This document shows, piece after piece, positions 34,866 to 47,723 of a stretch of DNA of 64,000 bases. The stretch spans positions 52,578,001 to 52,642,000 of the forward strand of contig NW_024704743.1 in NCBI RefSeq assembly GCF_018977255.1, read 5' to 3'. The position numbers and the translations under genes are program-made. The notes beneath the pieces are model-generated. The model saw only the letters and a program-made list of their open reading frames with translations. It did no database searches and was not told the origin of the DNA. Every line of letters begins with the position of its first letter. Within the stretch, counting starts at the first letter, position 1. Source of the stretch: Callorhinchus milii (Eukaryota).

Positions 34866-35350
34866 CTTTCTTGAAACAACAAATCTTGCTTTCGATTTTA
34901 AAATACAGTGGAATCTGCTTTAGGTGGATGCTAGTTAACACCGGACGCTGGGTAAATTGAACAAAACGCCCGGCCCCGATTCATTTGTATTCTTACCTGT
35001 TTTAAATATGCCGGTTGATTCCGACAAAAATTTGGTTAATACAGTCAAAATACCACACTGGTCGCCGCTAAGTATACTCACTCGGGCAGGGCGAAACTTT
35101 GGGCAAGTTTGCTTACTCCACACACCTCTGTTTACCTAGCAGTAAGAAGGAACCGGCTGTTTGTCGATTGGGAGATTGCTTTTCCGGCGGTAATAATTCC
35201 TTAAAAAACAATTGGTCACTCAATCCACGATTGTTTGTGGGACACTGCTTGTGCAATTGACAGCCACGTTTCGCCCATAAAATATACAGTCAGTTCACTT
35301 TACAGTATATTGTGTGAAACACTTTGAGACATCTTGAAGACATGATAATA
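34866..35350 (+). repeat. Composite repeat copy 1: ~215-bp leader with Tigger-like end fused to a headless long SINE
   Basis: ctttcttgaaac...tacagtggaatctgctttagg...atactcactcgggcagggcgaaac then the SINE body; second copy at 35897-36423. Confidence 0.75.
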
Positions 35351-35896
35351 CGCATCCACTTGTCTCAATGTTGTTCTTTGTTCTTTCCTCAAACACTAGG
35401 GATCATCTTTGTTGCTCTTCACTGCACCACCTCTAGGTCACGAAAACTAGAACTGTACCCAGTACTCTAGGTACGGACTGACCAGAGCATTATATAACTT
35501 CACTCTGACCGCTCGGAATCTGAACTCAACTGATTTAGCAATGTAATCCTGCAATCTGTTTGTCTTGTTTATACATTATTCTAAAAACTTTTGCTCGAAT
35601 AGCACTGTGAATTAGAGAGCATTTACATAAAACTGTCCTCAGCCCCTATCCCCAGAAATAGCACAGGGCTGGGCAAAAATGTAAAGCATGTTTATACAAT
35701 ATCATTGAATCCAGATCCTTGAGTTAATTACAACTCTGCCAGTAAGGAATTCCACATAGGAAGACCATAAAAGAAACCAGCGTTCATTAAACCCCTCTGT
35801 AACTGAACCTCTGACAAAAGAAATACACAGAAGTATTAAAAATTATGGACAAGTTCATAATTCAATGTGCTGCCCTCTTGGTTGGAGGTAAATGAG

Positions 35897-36423
35897 CTTT
35901 CTTGAAACCAAAAAGCTTGCTTTCGATTTTAAAATACAGTGGAATCTGCTTTAGGCAGACACCGGTTAACCACGTATGCCGGGTAAATTGAACAAAACGC
36001 CCGGCCCCGATTCATTTGTATTCTTATCTATTTTAAATATGCCAGTTGATTCCGATAAAAATCCAGTTAATCCAGTCAAAATGCCACACTGGTCTCCGCT
36101 GAATATACTCACTCGGGCAGGGCGAAACATTGGGCAAGTTTCCTTTCTCCACACACCTCTGTTTACCTAGCAGTAAGTAGAAACCTGGTTGTTAGTAGAT
36201 TGGCGGATCACTTTCTGGTGGTAATAATCCCTTAAAAAAAATAATAATAATAATTTGCTCTCTCAATCCACAACTGTTTGTGGGACACTGCTGTGCACAA
36301 TTGGCTGCCACATTGTGCCCACAAAATACAATCAATTAATTTTACAGTATATTCTGTGAAGCGCTTCGAGACATCTTAAAGATGTGATAAAGGCGCGATA
36401 TCAAATGCAAGGATTATTATTAT
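35897..36423 (+). repeat. Composite repeat copy 2
   Basis: Colinear with 34866-35350 and retains the (att)n SINE tail. Confidence 0.75.
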
Positions 36424-36859
36424 TTCTGTGTGTCAAGTGGTTGCATTCAACCACGCGTGTCTCCAGAATGTAGATGGGCAGAGTCTAAGATTGTTTGACA
36501 GAGGACTCCAGCCATTCACAAGTGGCTGGAGTTGGGTTGTCAATCAGTTTGGGGGGGCGGAGGAACCGGGAGGAACAAGGGAGGGAATGGGAGGAGTCAA
36601 ATCACAAATGATTGACAACAGAGCCGCTTGTGAACGGATCTAATGCCCAAACATTCACAAGGCTGTCAATCACCTCAACACAGCCGCTAATTTGCCCCCT
36701 TCCCATCCAATAGGAATGGTAATGGGAGGGAGGAATCCCCGCTGCTCCTCTGCTGGTGGGAAGAGGTAAGAGAACGTCAGCTAACCTCGACGCCTCTTAA
36801 GCCGGACACAACATCCATCCCCAGTGTGTCCGGCTTGACAGGCTTACACTGAATTTAAT

Positions 36860-37363
36860 TGAATTGTTGAATTGTCCAGTCAACGCTCTGTGATGGTCTC
36901 AGTCATCCGGTTCCTCAGCCAGGTGATCCACAGCCTGACTCATCGGCAGGAATTGAAGGGCAGACCAGTTACTGGGCACAGGGATTCTCCCCACTCTGCC
37001 TGCATTAACCCTGCAACCATGCAAATTCGCGATGAGTAGGATGGTCCTTGTTAGACAAGCAGCACGAAGCTTGACAGACAATGCCTTAGATGGCACTACG
37101 CAGTTTCAACTGGTTAAACTGCAGCAATTCCCCAACATACACTCTGAGCAAGCCTTGGCTCCTGCCAACCTACACCTCATACTCCTATACTAGGTAAATA
37201 GGCTGCAGCCGTCCCGGGAGAGTGTGCGCATTCCATTCCAGACACGGGATTTCCATGTGTAGGGTGCCTGCATGGACCTCTCAGTCTGGTTTGGATACTC
37301 TTAAGCATGGTGATGGGTTTCCGCACGAATCAGACACCCAGCAGACTAATAAAAAAAATAAAA
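36860..37363. repeat. Unidentified interspersed repeat, copy 2 (inverted relative to copies 1 and 3)
   Basis: gtctggtttggatactcttaagcatggtgatg...cagactaataaaaaaaataaaa. Confidence 0.8.
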
Positions 37364-40300
37364 CCACACACCTCTGCATCACCATCGGTGGCCCAGGTTT
37401 CATCTTTAACACCTGGAACTCCCTTCCTTTATTTCTCCATTTAAGCCCTCACTATCAGTCTTTAAATCCCATGTTAAAACTACTTCCCTGACTGCGCCTA
37501 TAGTCATTTCCCCTTTCACTGCTTCCTCCCTTGTTCAGTGTCTGACCTCCATCATTGTAAAGTGCTCTGAGATGTTATCATATGTGAAGTTATAATGGTT
37601 ATACATTGAAGTTTGGTATCCCTTTTAGCCATGGCCTTTTACAAGAGAATGGAGTTACTTACGTGTTTTGGCCAACAATCCTCCAAATCAATTAGTCATT
37701 CACTTCATAGCCATTTGTGGCACATTACGATATGCAAATTGGCTGCCACGTTTGCCTGCAAATACACAGTCGTTCTTCCCTGTAATTCCCTGTAAAGTAC
37801 TTTAAGATATTTCAATATTATAGATATTATATTAAACACAAAAATCAAATTGGTGTCTATTACATTAAGACATCAATTGCATTGTTAGTAGAAGGTTGTT
37901 TTGTTGAAAATAAGGGCATAAGTTGGTTAAAGTTGAGTGCTCATGACGTAAATGTAGAGTACTACTTATGTAAACATCAGAACTTACATGGGTTGTGGAT
38001 GTGTTAAATAACCCATGAATATTTTCATTAGATTGCTAATGTTAAACCACTTTCCATAGTGACCAAAGAATCTAATGAAAGCAAATATTGCAAGAACCTT
38101 TGAGCAAAAACTGTGACAGGCGTACATTAAGTACTTAAGTGAAGAAAGTCCAATTATTGAATTGTGACAAGCCCTTTTGTTTTGTGGTTGGGATCACTTG
38201 AATAAAAGCATTCTTTAGTGTATGGAATTTTCCAGTTATAAAAATGTGGTAGTCAAATAATTATTATTTACATACAACATGCCTTTTTAGTTGGAAGTTC
38301 TTAGGTACCAGTACTTTTCCTGGAATTTGCATAACAGAAAACTGTGAAAACGATAAGAATCAGTGAGGACTGATTTATGGAAAGGCAGTTGGGGATCTGC
38401 AGGAAGTTAGTCACACAACCGTTATCAATCTTCAAAAATGTGAAGTGAAGTGTAACAAATATAAACCTTCAGCACCAACTGGCACTCTACTTTTTGTCAG
38501 GAGAGCATAAATTGGGGAAGTCAGAGAGCTATTGTGCTATTAAGGACCTTGCAAAAGCCAGGGGCAGAAAAATAGATTTATGGCAAGGAGCAGGAAGTGG
38601 TCAGCAAGCCCATGAGTTGTGGATGAAGCAAAAAGTCATGCAATGTGAGGGAAATGCTGGCAATAGCTAACCTTGGAAGACAGGGCCTAGGTTATAGCAA
38701 GCTTGGACTAGGTTGGTGTTTAGAATCACACCCATCTCCCTCTCATTTGGGGAATTTCAGTAGCAGATCTGTAGGAGAATAATAATAATAATAATCCTTG
38801 CGTTTGATATAGCGCTTTTCACGTCGGGAGGACGTCCCAAAGCGCTTCACAGAACACACTGTAAAGGGAATTGACTGTATTTTATTAGAATTATTAGAAG
38901 CTAGAGCTTTATTGGCTGCAAAACACATTGATATGCTTAGAGTTGGTCAAATGTACATTTTCTTTACAAATTTAATTAGTTTAAATAAAAAGTTTGTGAC
39001 CAAGCTCAAATTCCATTGAGAGTTTCAGGAGGAATCATACATGGGAGGTCAAAACTCCAGCAATTTCTGAATATGACATGAGCAATTAGGCTAACATCAA
39101 TAACAACAACAACAAATTACATTTGTATAGCATCTTTCACGTCGGTAGGATGTCCCAAGACTCTGGACAATCAAGGATTTGCACCCGAGCTGGGGGTTGG
39201 GATCAGGAGGAGTGGAAGGCAGGGAGGGTTTTGCACTCTCCTGACAAAGAGGAGAGTGCCAGTTGGTGTTGAAAGTTTATATTTGTTACACTTCAGTTCA
39301 CATTTTTGATGATTGATAAGGTTAAAGCATGTAGCTGACAGCCTCTTAGATATAGCTGACATTATTTCCATGCAACATATTGCTGAAGGCAGGGGAAGTT
39401 CACCCTCTTGGATAGTCAGACTATTATTCAAAATTTTATCCATTTTGATATTTGCCATCAGGGACAACTATCACATCACAGGTTGTATTTCTCATCCCAT
39501 AGTGTTTGTGATTTTGCCAAATATTATCATTATGCACAATTTAACCACACAAACTCTACAGTGTGAGAAACAGGTTATCTACCCCACTTGAAATCATGAA
39601 AACATCAATACGAACTCCCACACTTTAGTTGTAGGAACCATACGCAGCAATCCATCTAAATTTTGTAATGGTGTGGATCCATCTTGTAATGGAGCTCTAA
39701 CTAAAACGTATCATTGACTGAGAGTATTACAGGAGCAATAATGAAGTCCAATTGTATTTACATTTAGTTTAAGAATGTATCAAACCAAAAATGGGCACCA
39801 TGAGGTGCTCAGGAGCCTGGTACATAAGGAATGATGTCTGTGACACTTTTTTTCTCATCAGTTTTCTCTCCCTCCCCAAACATATTCCTGTCATCTTCAT
39901 CCAAGCTTTTCTATTGTATCAAAGTTTTGGTCCATTCAAGAAGCTTCAAGGAATAATTTCTGAGCGGAGGTCAAATTGATTGCTACCGCTTGCATTTATA
40001 ATGCAGTTGAGCGAATCACTATCTTGGAGAAATCCTTGGATGCAACAGCCAAACCATGAATTGTTTTGTGCTCAAATGTCTAACACCAGATATCTACTCG
40101 GCTTTTCGTTTTCCATTCAGCATGGCTCACACAGCTGCAATTATCGTCTCCTTAGAGTACAGTAAAACTCCCATTTAAAGTCTTATCTTTATAAATTGTA
40201 TGAACGCCTAAGTCGTACATTCAGTTCCATTCAGTTTTGTATCAAAACCATTCAGATTTTTTTTACACTACTCAAATTAATCATCTTCTACTCGTAACAC

Positions 40301-42809
40301 TGCTCCCCTACCCTCCGTTGCTCCTGCACTTAATCGTGGGAAATAACACCCCGACCCATCGACGCATGTACACTTACCTGCCAGCTGCATTGAATCACGG
40401 GAAATGTAGTATTCATCCATCAACGTATTCCCAGAAAAACTTCATTTCCAATGATTGAGTCACATCTTGACATCGCTTTGTTGGTTAGGAAGAGACACAC
40501 TTAATACCAGATTGCAATCATACCACATATTTACTGCTGTAAACCACTGCATTAGAGGCAAGTGAGTGCTATTCTGATTCCATAAGTTGCTTAAATATAA
40601 TGTGCACTGCTGCTAAATTCTGTAACAACCTGAGGTTTCCTTGAAGGTGAATTTGTAGAATGAATTATGTGACTGCATTGGGGGTATAAACTGTTTGTTG
40701 AATTAGTGAACTTGAAATGAACAAGACTTTTTTATGTGCTTTGAAATATTAGACATTTCAATTGAATAAATTATTAGGAACCAATTTTTTATTGCACAAA
40801 ATAATATCTTGCCCAATCTTTTTCAATCCCATACACATCCTCCTGACATGAAAGGGGCTACATAAATGTAAATTTGCTGTTGTTGTAATGTTTAAGGTTA
40901 TCAGATGCAGCTTGACTTGGTGGTATATCTTCCAGTGCCAGATATAGAACTTCCTGCTGTAGTCAGCTAAAGGAATACGCTTTCTTTAAATCTCTAATTA
41001 ATTATACAATGCAGTTTTTGTTCTAATAAGTTTAAAAGATGCCAAATCCTGCAGTGATTGAAACTATTGAACAATATATGGCCTTTGCGCTCCATTGTTG
41101 AAGGAAATCTGCTCCCAACTGGACCCATCTATTAAGAGATCACTACATTGTTGGCAGCTGATTCTTCAGATCTTTGAGTTAGTGTTCTTCACAACACAGC
41201 CATTTACAGTGTTTGAACTTTCCCCTCCATACATACAAATCACATTTCTATCATGTGCAGCTAGTCAGCTGTTAGTGCAGGTCAAAGACACACAAAGCTT
41301 CATTTTCATTCACTTGCTGAAAGCATCAAGCAGCTGTAATGGTGACATTTCCTTACTCACTGAAATATTATTTCAACAAATCTTAGTGTTTTGTTGGAAA
41401 TCTTTCTCATCGCCAAGGGCAATGAAAAGGCACGGGACCACCCCTCTCCCCCAAGATTTAATAAATTTGATGTACCTTCTTTTCAGCCAAATGTTATCTG
41501 CCTCAAAAAGAACATACCTTTCAAATTGCAACCCCATTTAGTATCTAACATTGGACATAACATTGTCTCTTACCACATTCAAAATGACTATTGCCTGGAT
41601 TGTTAAGTTTACATAGCTTTATGCCTGCAGAATATTCAGAAAGATCAAGCTCATGTATCCCTACAATCAAAATAGCTGTCAACCCAAGTCACACTCACTC
41701 TGATTACTTATGAGCATTTAAATTGACTAATAACAGAAGTGATTAATCCAGATCAGAAGTGAATTGGATCAGTTTAAGTAACTCAATAAATACCTAAATT
41801 GATCCACTTATATCGCAATTATACTCTAATTCCCTCTGTAGAAACGCGTAAGTCAGTTTTCCTATCCCAATAAAAATTTTGGTCATCTTCCCTTTCCCCT
41901 TCCCTTGCTCAGTGCCTGAACCCCCATCTCTGTGAAACTACACAGATGTTATCCAATGTGAAGGACATTCTATAAATGCAAGCCGTTGTTTCCATGCTAT
42001 CAATAATTGCTTAATTATTAGCTTAAACTTGAGTCATGAAATTATTCAATCTTTGTAGTCTGTTGGTGAGAACTTTACCTTCACTCTTGCAGTCTGGATC
42101 CATGGCTTTTTGGGATGCATTGGTATAACTTATGGTAATTCTAAGGGGGAAGGGGAGACAACACTCAGCATCTACTTGTGCAGTCCCTTGTTGTCCAGTG
42201 CAAAGAGCTGGGTGGCCTGATAATAGCAGTCAAACTTCATTGTGCACATTAAACCATTAATTTTACCTATGGTGAAATGAATGAGTCTCTTCCCAAGATA
42301 AGCTTATACCAAGATCAATAATTGCTTCAGCCAATGGATAATGAAATCAAAGATGAACTAAAAACCACATCTGTAGTATTAGAATCTCTGTTCTGATAAT
42401 TTTTCATTATTTGAAACACTTTAGACATCCTTCTCACATGAAAGGCATTCATATAAATGTAAATTGTATTTAAAAGACATTCTTTTCCTCTAACAAGAAA
42501 ACAGTTGATAGTCACTAATGACAAAGTGCTCACAGGGATGCTTAAGTCACTGCAGTCACCAGAAACATCCCTGTGTTAATCTACAGGAGCTTTGGGCAAA
42601 AAAGCAAAACAAAAGAAAATGTCAGCGTTGTAATACTGCTTAAAAATGGTTTATCTGATGAATCATCATTTACTCAGATTCTTCTGCAAAATTTATTAAA
42701 GATTTTGTGCACTTCAAAGCTAGCAAATGATTGCTAACATTAAATGCAAGTTGGGTAGCAGAGGTAAATCCCCTTGATAATTGCCAATCGGTGATCAGTT
42801 TGTGTTTGA

Positions 42810-43170
42810 GCTCACAACCTCGGCTAACACTCCAGTATAGTGCTCAGATGCACTGATTGTTCGAGGTATTGACATTTGGATGAGATGACAAACTGAGGAC
42901 CCAACTATCTGTTTTAGGAGATCTTAAGGATCCCATGGCACCCTTCAAAAAGAGAAGGGAGTTTCTCCCTGTGTCCTGGCCAACAATCCCCCCAAAATAA
43001 AATTGGCCACTCACTCCATGACTGTTTGTGGGATATTGTTGTGTGCAAACTGGCTGCTATGTTCACCCACAAAATACACGCATTAACACCACTTTCCAGT
43101 ATATCCTGTGAAGCTCATTGAGACGTCCTCCTGACGTGAAAGGCGCTAAAGCAAATGCAAGCTTAATTGT
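42810..43170 (+). mobile_element. Older Deu-domain SINE
   Basis: ggctaacactccagtatagtgctcag...ggatgagatgacaaactgaggaccc...gatcccatggcac...gtcctggccaac...tgaaaggcgct tail. Confidence 0.65.
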
Positions 43171-44589
43171 AATGATGTTACTAGCGTTGCCTTTCAAAAT
43201 ATTGCACTTATCTTACGTCCAGGCAATACATTTTAAGTATCAAATTGCCCATTACAGGTGTTTATATTAAGCTTATGCAGACTTTTGACTCCGTGCCGAA
43301 CTAGCTATGTACATTTTCAGCTGCTGTATAATGATTCTGAAGGTGTGCAGAGCAGATGGTGGAAATGTCCATGTCACTAGCACAAGTTAATTAATGGCAG
43401 AATTATTTGTTGTTCAACTCTTATTCTTGCAGAGCAGAAAGCTGCCTTTGAATTTCTTACCTAAAGCATACGCTACTCCTGATTCTATTATTGAAGCATT
43501 TTGTGGGACATATGCTGAACTATACACAGTTCTGGTGAAAAATGGATTGGTAACCTCAAATGCAAAACTAAATTTTATGATACAGTATTTAGTCATTAGA
43601 GCGAAATAGAGAAAAGGGGATTACAAGGAATTCTAAAAATGCAGAAATGGTGTAAGAATAATTCATGCATTTAGTAATTCTATACTTGAGAGAGGAAGGG
43701 GCTTACTGCATCCTTTTTGTCAGTTTTAAATCTGCATTAATTTCCTTTTTCTGCTGACAGTCTGCAAGATGCAGCAGCAGAAATTTAATCTCCATATTGG
43801 GCCCCCGCAGCTGCTATAAGACCTGGACAAGTTCCATTCAGAAAGAAGCTTCAGTGCAGTCTGTTGCTAGGTCAATGTGGAAATGGATGGCTGCACTGTA
43901 GGATGATTGATAAGTTTCTAAAAAAAAATCCCTCATTGCAGCCTCTAAATTCATTCATAACAAAACAAATGGATTCAAAACCATTGCCAATTTACGCACT
44001 GTACCCATTTATGTTATCAGATGGAAACTAGCCTCAAGACTAAATGACATGATTTAGAAAGCAATTTTGATCTCGTAATCATTTGTCACTTACAATAGCA
44101 TTTGATTCAGATTAAAGACTATTTAATTCAGTTGTATGTAATTTCATCTGGTACCACTTTTAAATGTTAGAAAATATCACCTTTCTTCCAATATTTGGAA
44201 CATGAAGGCTCATGCCCAACTAATTCTATTCCAGAGCAACATGTGCAAATAAAATCAAACTCACATGATTTAAGATACTAAAACTGAATGTTGTTTGCTG
44301 GATATATTATAATTATATTATAAAGCGCTTTGAGATGTCTCAATGACGTGATAAGGCGCTATATCAAATGCAAGGATTATTATTATTAATACAAGATTGC
44401 AATTGTGCTTAGTATATTCCCTGACATTACTCTCTGAAGCCAAAATATACAAAAAAACAGCAGAGCTTTAGATAAAGAAATTAATTTGGCTAGTTTGATC
44501 TCATCTGTCCAGAATACCAACCTTAATGTAGCCTCAAGTTTTTAAATGAATTCATTGACCTCAGCCACCTTACCTCACAAGATTGGTCT

Positions 44590-46060
44590 GAATAAAGAAG
44601 ACCCTTCATCCCATACAATCTCATCCCTCCAGAACATCCTCCCTACCAATCCCCGATTACTGCACTTAGCTTCTTTTTAAATGAGTCTAGTCCTTTGTTT
44701 TGAAAACCATCTTTCCTATCAATCTATTCCAGTTGTTGATTACCCTTTGTGTAAAGAAAAAATCCTGGTATCTGTCCTGAAATTGCCCTTTACAACTCTA
44801 AACCTACATCCTCTTGTTCTTCTCTCTTGATACATCCTAAAGTATTGATCTGAGTTTACATTTTCAATCCCATGTAAAATTGTGCACACCTCTATGAGGT
44901 CCCCTTTGAGTATCTTTTATCAAGACTGAAGTAGATGGACAAGGGACAACTTTCTCCAACTGAACGTCAGCAAGACCGAGGCCCTCCTAATTGGCTCGCG
45001 CCAGCATCTCCGCACCTCAGGCGCTGGCAGCATCAGCCTCCACAGCTGCACACTCAACCTCAATAAGCCAGTCAGGAACCTGGGTGTCTTGTTTGACCCT
45101 GAACTGTCCTTTCTCCCCCACATCCGGCCATGACCGGCACTGCCTACCACCACCTCCGCAACACTGCCAGACTCTGCCACTGCCTCACCCCTCAGGCTGC
45201 CGAAACCCTCACCCACACATTAGTCACATCAAGGCTCGATTACGGGAACTCCCTCCTCATCAGCCTTCCCAATTCTTCCCTTCACAAGCTGCAGATCATC
45301 CAAAACTCTGCAGCTCATGTACTCTCACTCACCAGGCTCCGTGACCTCAGCACTCCCATCCTTGCCTGTTTCCACCTGCTCCCCATCCCTCAGAAGATTG
45401 AATTCAAGATCCTCGTCCTCACTTTCAAGGCTATCCATGGCTTTGCCCCTTCCTAACTCTCTGACCTGCTGACTCCCTACCAACTTGCCCGCTCCCTCTG
45501 TTCAGCGGGCTCCGGTCTGCTCCATGTCTCCCACCCGACCTGCCCTACCATCGACGGTCGGGCCTTCAGCCTCTCAGCCCCCACACTCTGAAACTCCATC
45601 CCATAATCCCTTCACCTCGCTTCCTCCCTTGTCTCCTTCAAGTCCAGTCTCAAGACCCTCCACTTCGATCGTGCCTTCGGTCGCCCTCCCACCTCTCTGC
45701 CTTCCCTCACCCCTACCCCACCCTTCCCCCATGCTCAGATCCTGACACCTGACTGTCCAGCACCTTGGGAAGTCCTCCTGCCTTAAAGGGTGCTCTATAA
45801 ATGTAATTTTGTTGTGTTGTTGAAGAGCCCAAGCTCATCTAATCATTTCTCATAGCTCATTCCTCTAACACTGGGCATCACCCTCGGTGCTCTCCTCTGC
45901 ACTGCATCTAGGACCTAAGGGCAGTCCCCTTATATTATCGTGACCAGAACTATATGCAGTATTCAAGGTGCAGTCTGACTAGAGCACTGTATTAGCTGAG
46001 AAGGGGGTCTGGGGATCTAAACTCAACTATTTAGCAATGTAACCCAGCATCCTGTTTACA
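44590..46060 (-). mobile_element. Old CR1 3' fragment split by an L2 insertion
   Basis: CR1 ORF2 C-terminal sequence (ttaccctttgtgtaaagaaaa...cacctctatgaggtcccc) resumes after the insert as gaagagcccaagc...ctcctctgcactgc. Confidence 0.7.
44932..45820 (+). mobile_element. L2 3' portion inserted in CR1
   Basis: FLQLNVSKTE, AAETLTHTLVTSRLDYGNSLL...KIEFKILVLTFKAIHG; ttg tail; 5-bp TSD tgaag at 44927-44931 and 45821-45825. Confidence 0.88.
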
Positions 46061-47043
46061 AATTACTGTAATAACCCTTTCCAGCTGTGATTACCCTCTG
46101 TGCAAAGAAATACTTTTGGGTATTTATTCTAAACAGAACAAATATAATATTTATTATTATTATATTATTATTAAACCTACCCTTCACCATCTTGACTTGT
46201 GCCTTCTTATCCTGCTGTCATGACATATCTGAAAGTTTATTTCCAAACTTGTTGTATTTCTCTCACGTAAAGATGACGTGCCTGGCAAAGGAATATCACT
46301 AAATCATGGAAATGGGTGGCTGCACTGTCTGATGATTGATTTAAACATATTGTGAAATGGTGAAATTCTCTGTGTTGCTTTCGGTAGTCTAGATCCCGAG
46401 CCATGCAGGTCTGCAGTACTCCAGGACACTGCTGATAAAAGACCAACCAGCTTCGCTCGAACGCAGAAGTTGGAGAGGCAGACAAGACACTGGGGTATTC
46501 CTCCCACTCAGCTCCTGTAAACCCCCAAGCCAAAGCCCTAATGGATAGGATGCTCCGCGCTGGACAAGCAGCAGGAAGCTTTTCACATCAGGAGGGCATC
46601 ACAAAGCACGTGACAATTCTGGCTATCCACTGTAGCAGAGGGTAGGAGTTGAGAGGAGTGAGGAGGGGAAAGATAACCAAAAGCATGGTCAAATAGATAC
46701 ATTTTGAGACTTGCCTATTGTCAGTTAATTGATAGCATCCCAGTGTTCTTCAATTCCCACAAAATCACAGTCAACATTTCACAAACCTTCGCCCTTGTCT
46801 CTCAAATTATGCTTAAATATAATTCACATGGCCCCATTTAAAACAGCTTGATTCTGGTATGGAATGAAGTCCTGGTTGCTTATTTTGAAAGGTTGAGCTC
46901 AAAAGGCTTAAAGGCCGTTCTTTATCCAAACCTCTCATGTGATCTGGTGATTACAGAATCTATTCTGATGATCCTAAACAAATTGTTTAGGCAATGTCCT
47001 TGAAACATAAATATAATAATAATCCTTGCATTTTATATATTTC

Positions 47044-47363
47044 ATGGAGTTCTGTAGCTCAGTGGTTAGAGCACTCGCCTCTCAACAGGGCGAAATCTTG
47101 GGTAAGTTTCCTTACTCCACATGCCTCTGTTTACCTAGCAGTAAGTAGGAACCCAGTTGTTAGTCGATTGGTAGATCGCTTTTCCGAGGATAATAGTCCT
47201 TCAAAAAACACAATAATAATTTGGTCACTCAATCCATGACTGTTTGTGTGCAATTGGCTGCCGTGTTTTGCCCCCGAAGAATACAGTCAATTCACTTCAC
47301 AGTATACAGTGAAGTGCTTTGAGCCGTCTAGAAGACGTGAAAAGTGCTATATCAAATACAAGG
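47044..47363 (+). mobile_element. Long-subfamily SINE (left member of a tail-to-tail pair)
   Basis: ggagttctgtagctcagtggttagagc head through aaatacaagg tail. Confidence 0.85.
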
Positions 47364-47367
47364 AATG

Positions 47368-47723
47368 TTCTTATATAGCGCCTTATCACTTAATTAAAAC
47401 GTCTCAAAGCGCTTCACAGAATATAGTGTAAAGTAAATTGACTATATATTTTGTGGGAGAAACACAGCAGCCAATTGCGCTCAGCAGTGTCCCACAAACA
47501 GTTGTGGATTGAGTGTCTAAATTATTAGGGGGGGTTTAAAGGGATTATTACCATCTAAAAGTGATTCACTAATTGACTAACAACCAGGTTCCTACTTATT
47601 CCTTGGTAAACAGATGCGTGAGGAGTAAGGAAATTTGCCTAAGCTTTCGCCCTGTCCGGGAAACAAACTCGGGTCCTCTCGCTTGCGAGGTGGGTGCTCT
47701 AGCCAATCCGCAACAAGACTCCA
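47368..47723 (-). mobile_element. Long-subfamily SINE (right member of a tail-to-tail pair)
   Basis: Reverse-complement SINE ending at the head ...caagactcca. Confidence 0.82.

Noticed and set aside
46237..46586. Overlapping minus-strand ORFs in apparently unique sequence
   Set aside because: SFISSVLEYCRPAW resembles a LINE RT C-terminal motif, so this is more likely a very old frameshifted LINE remnant than an exon.
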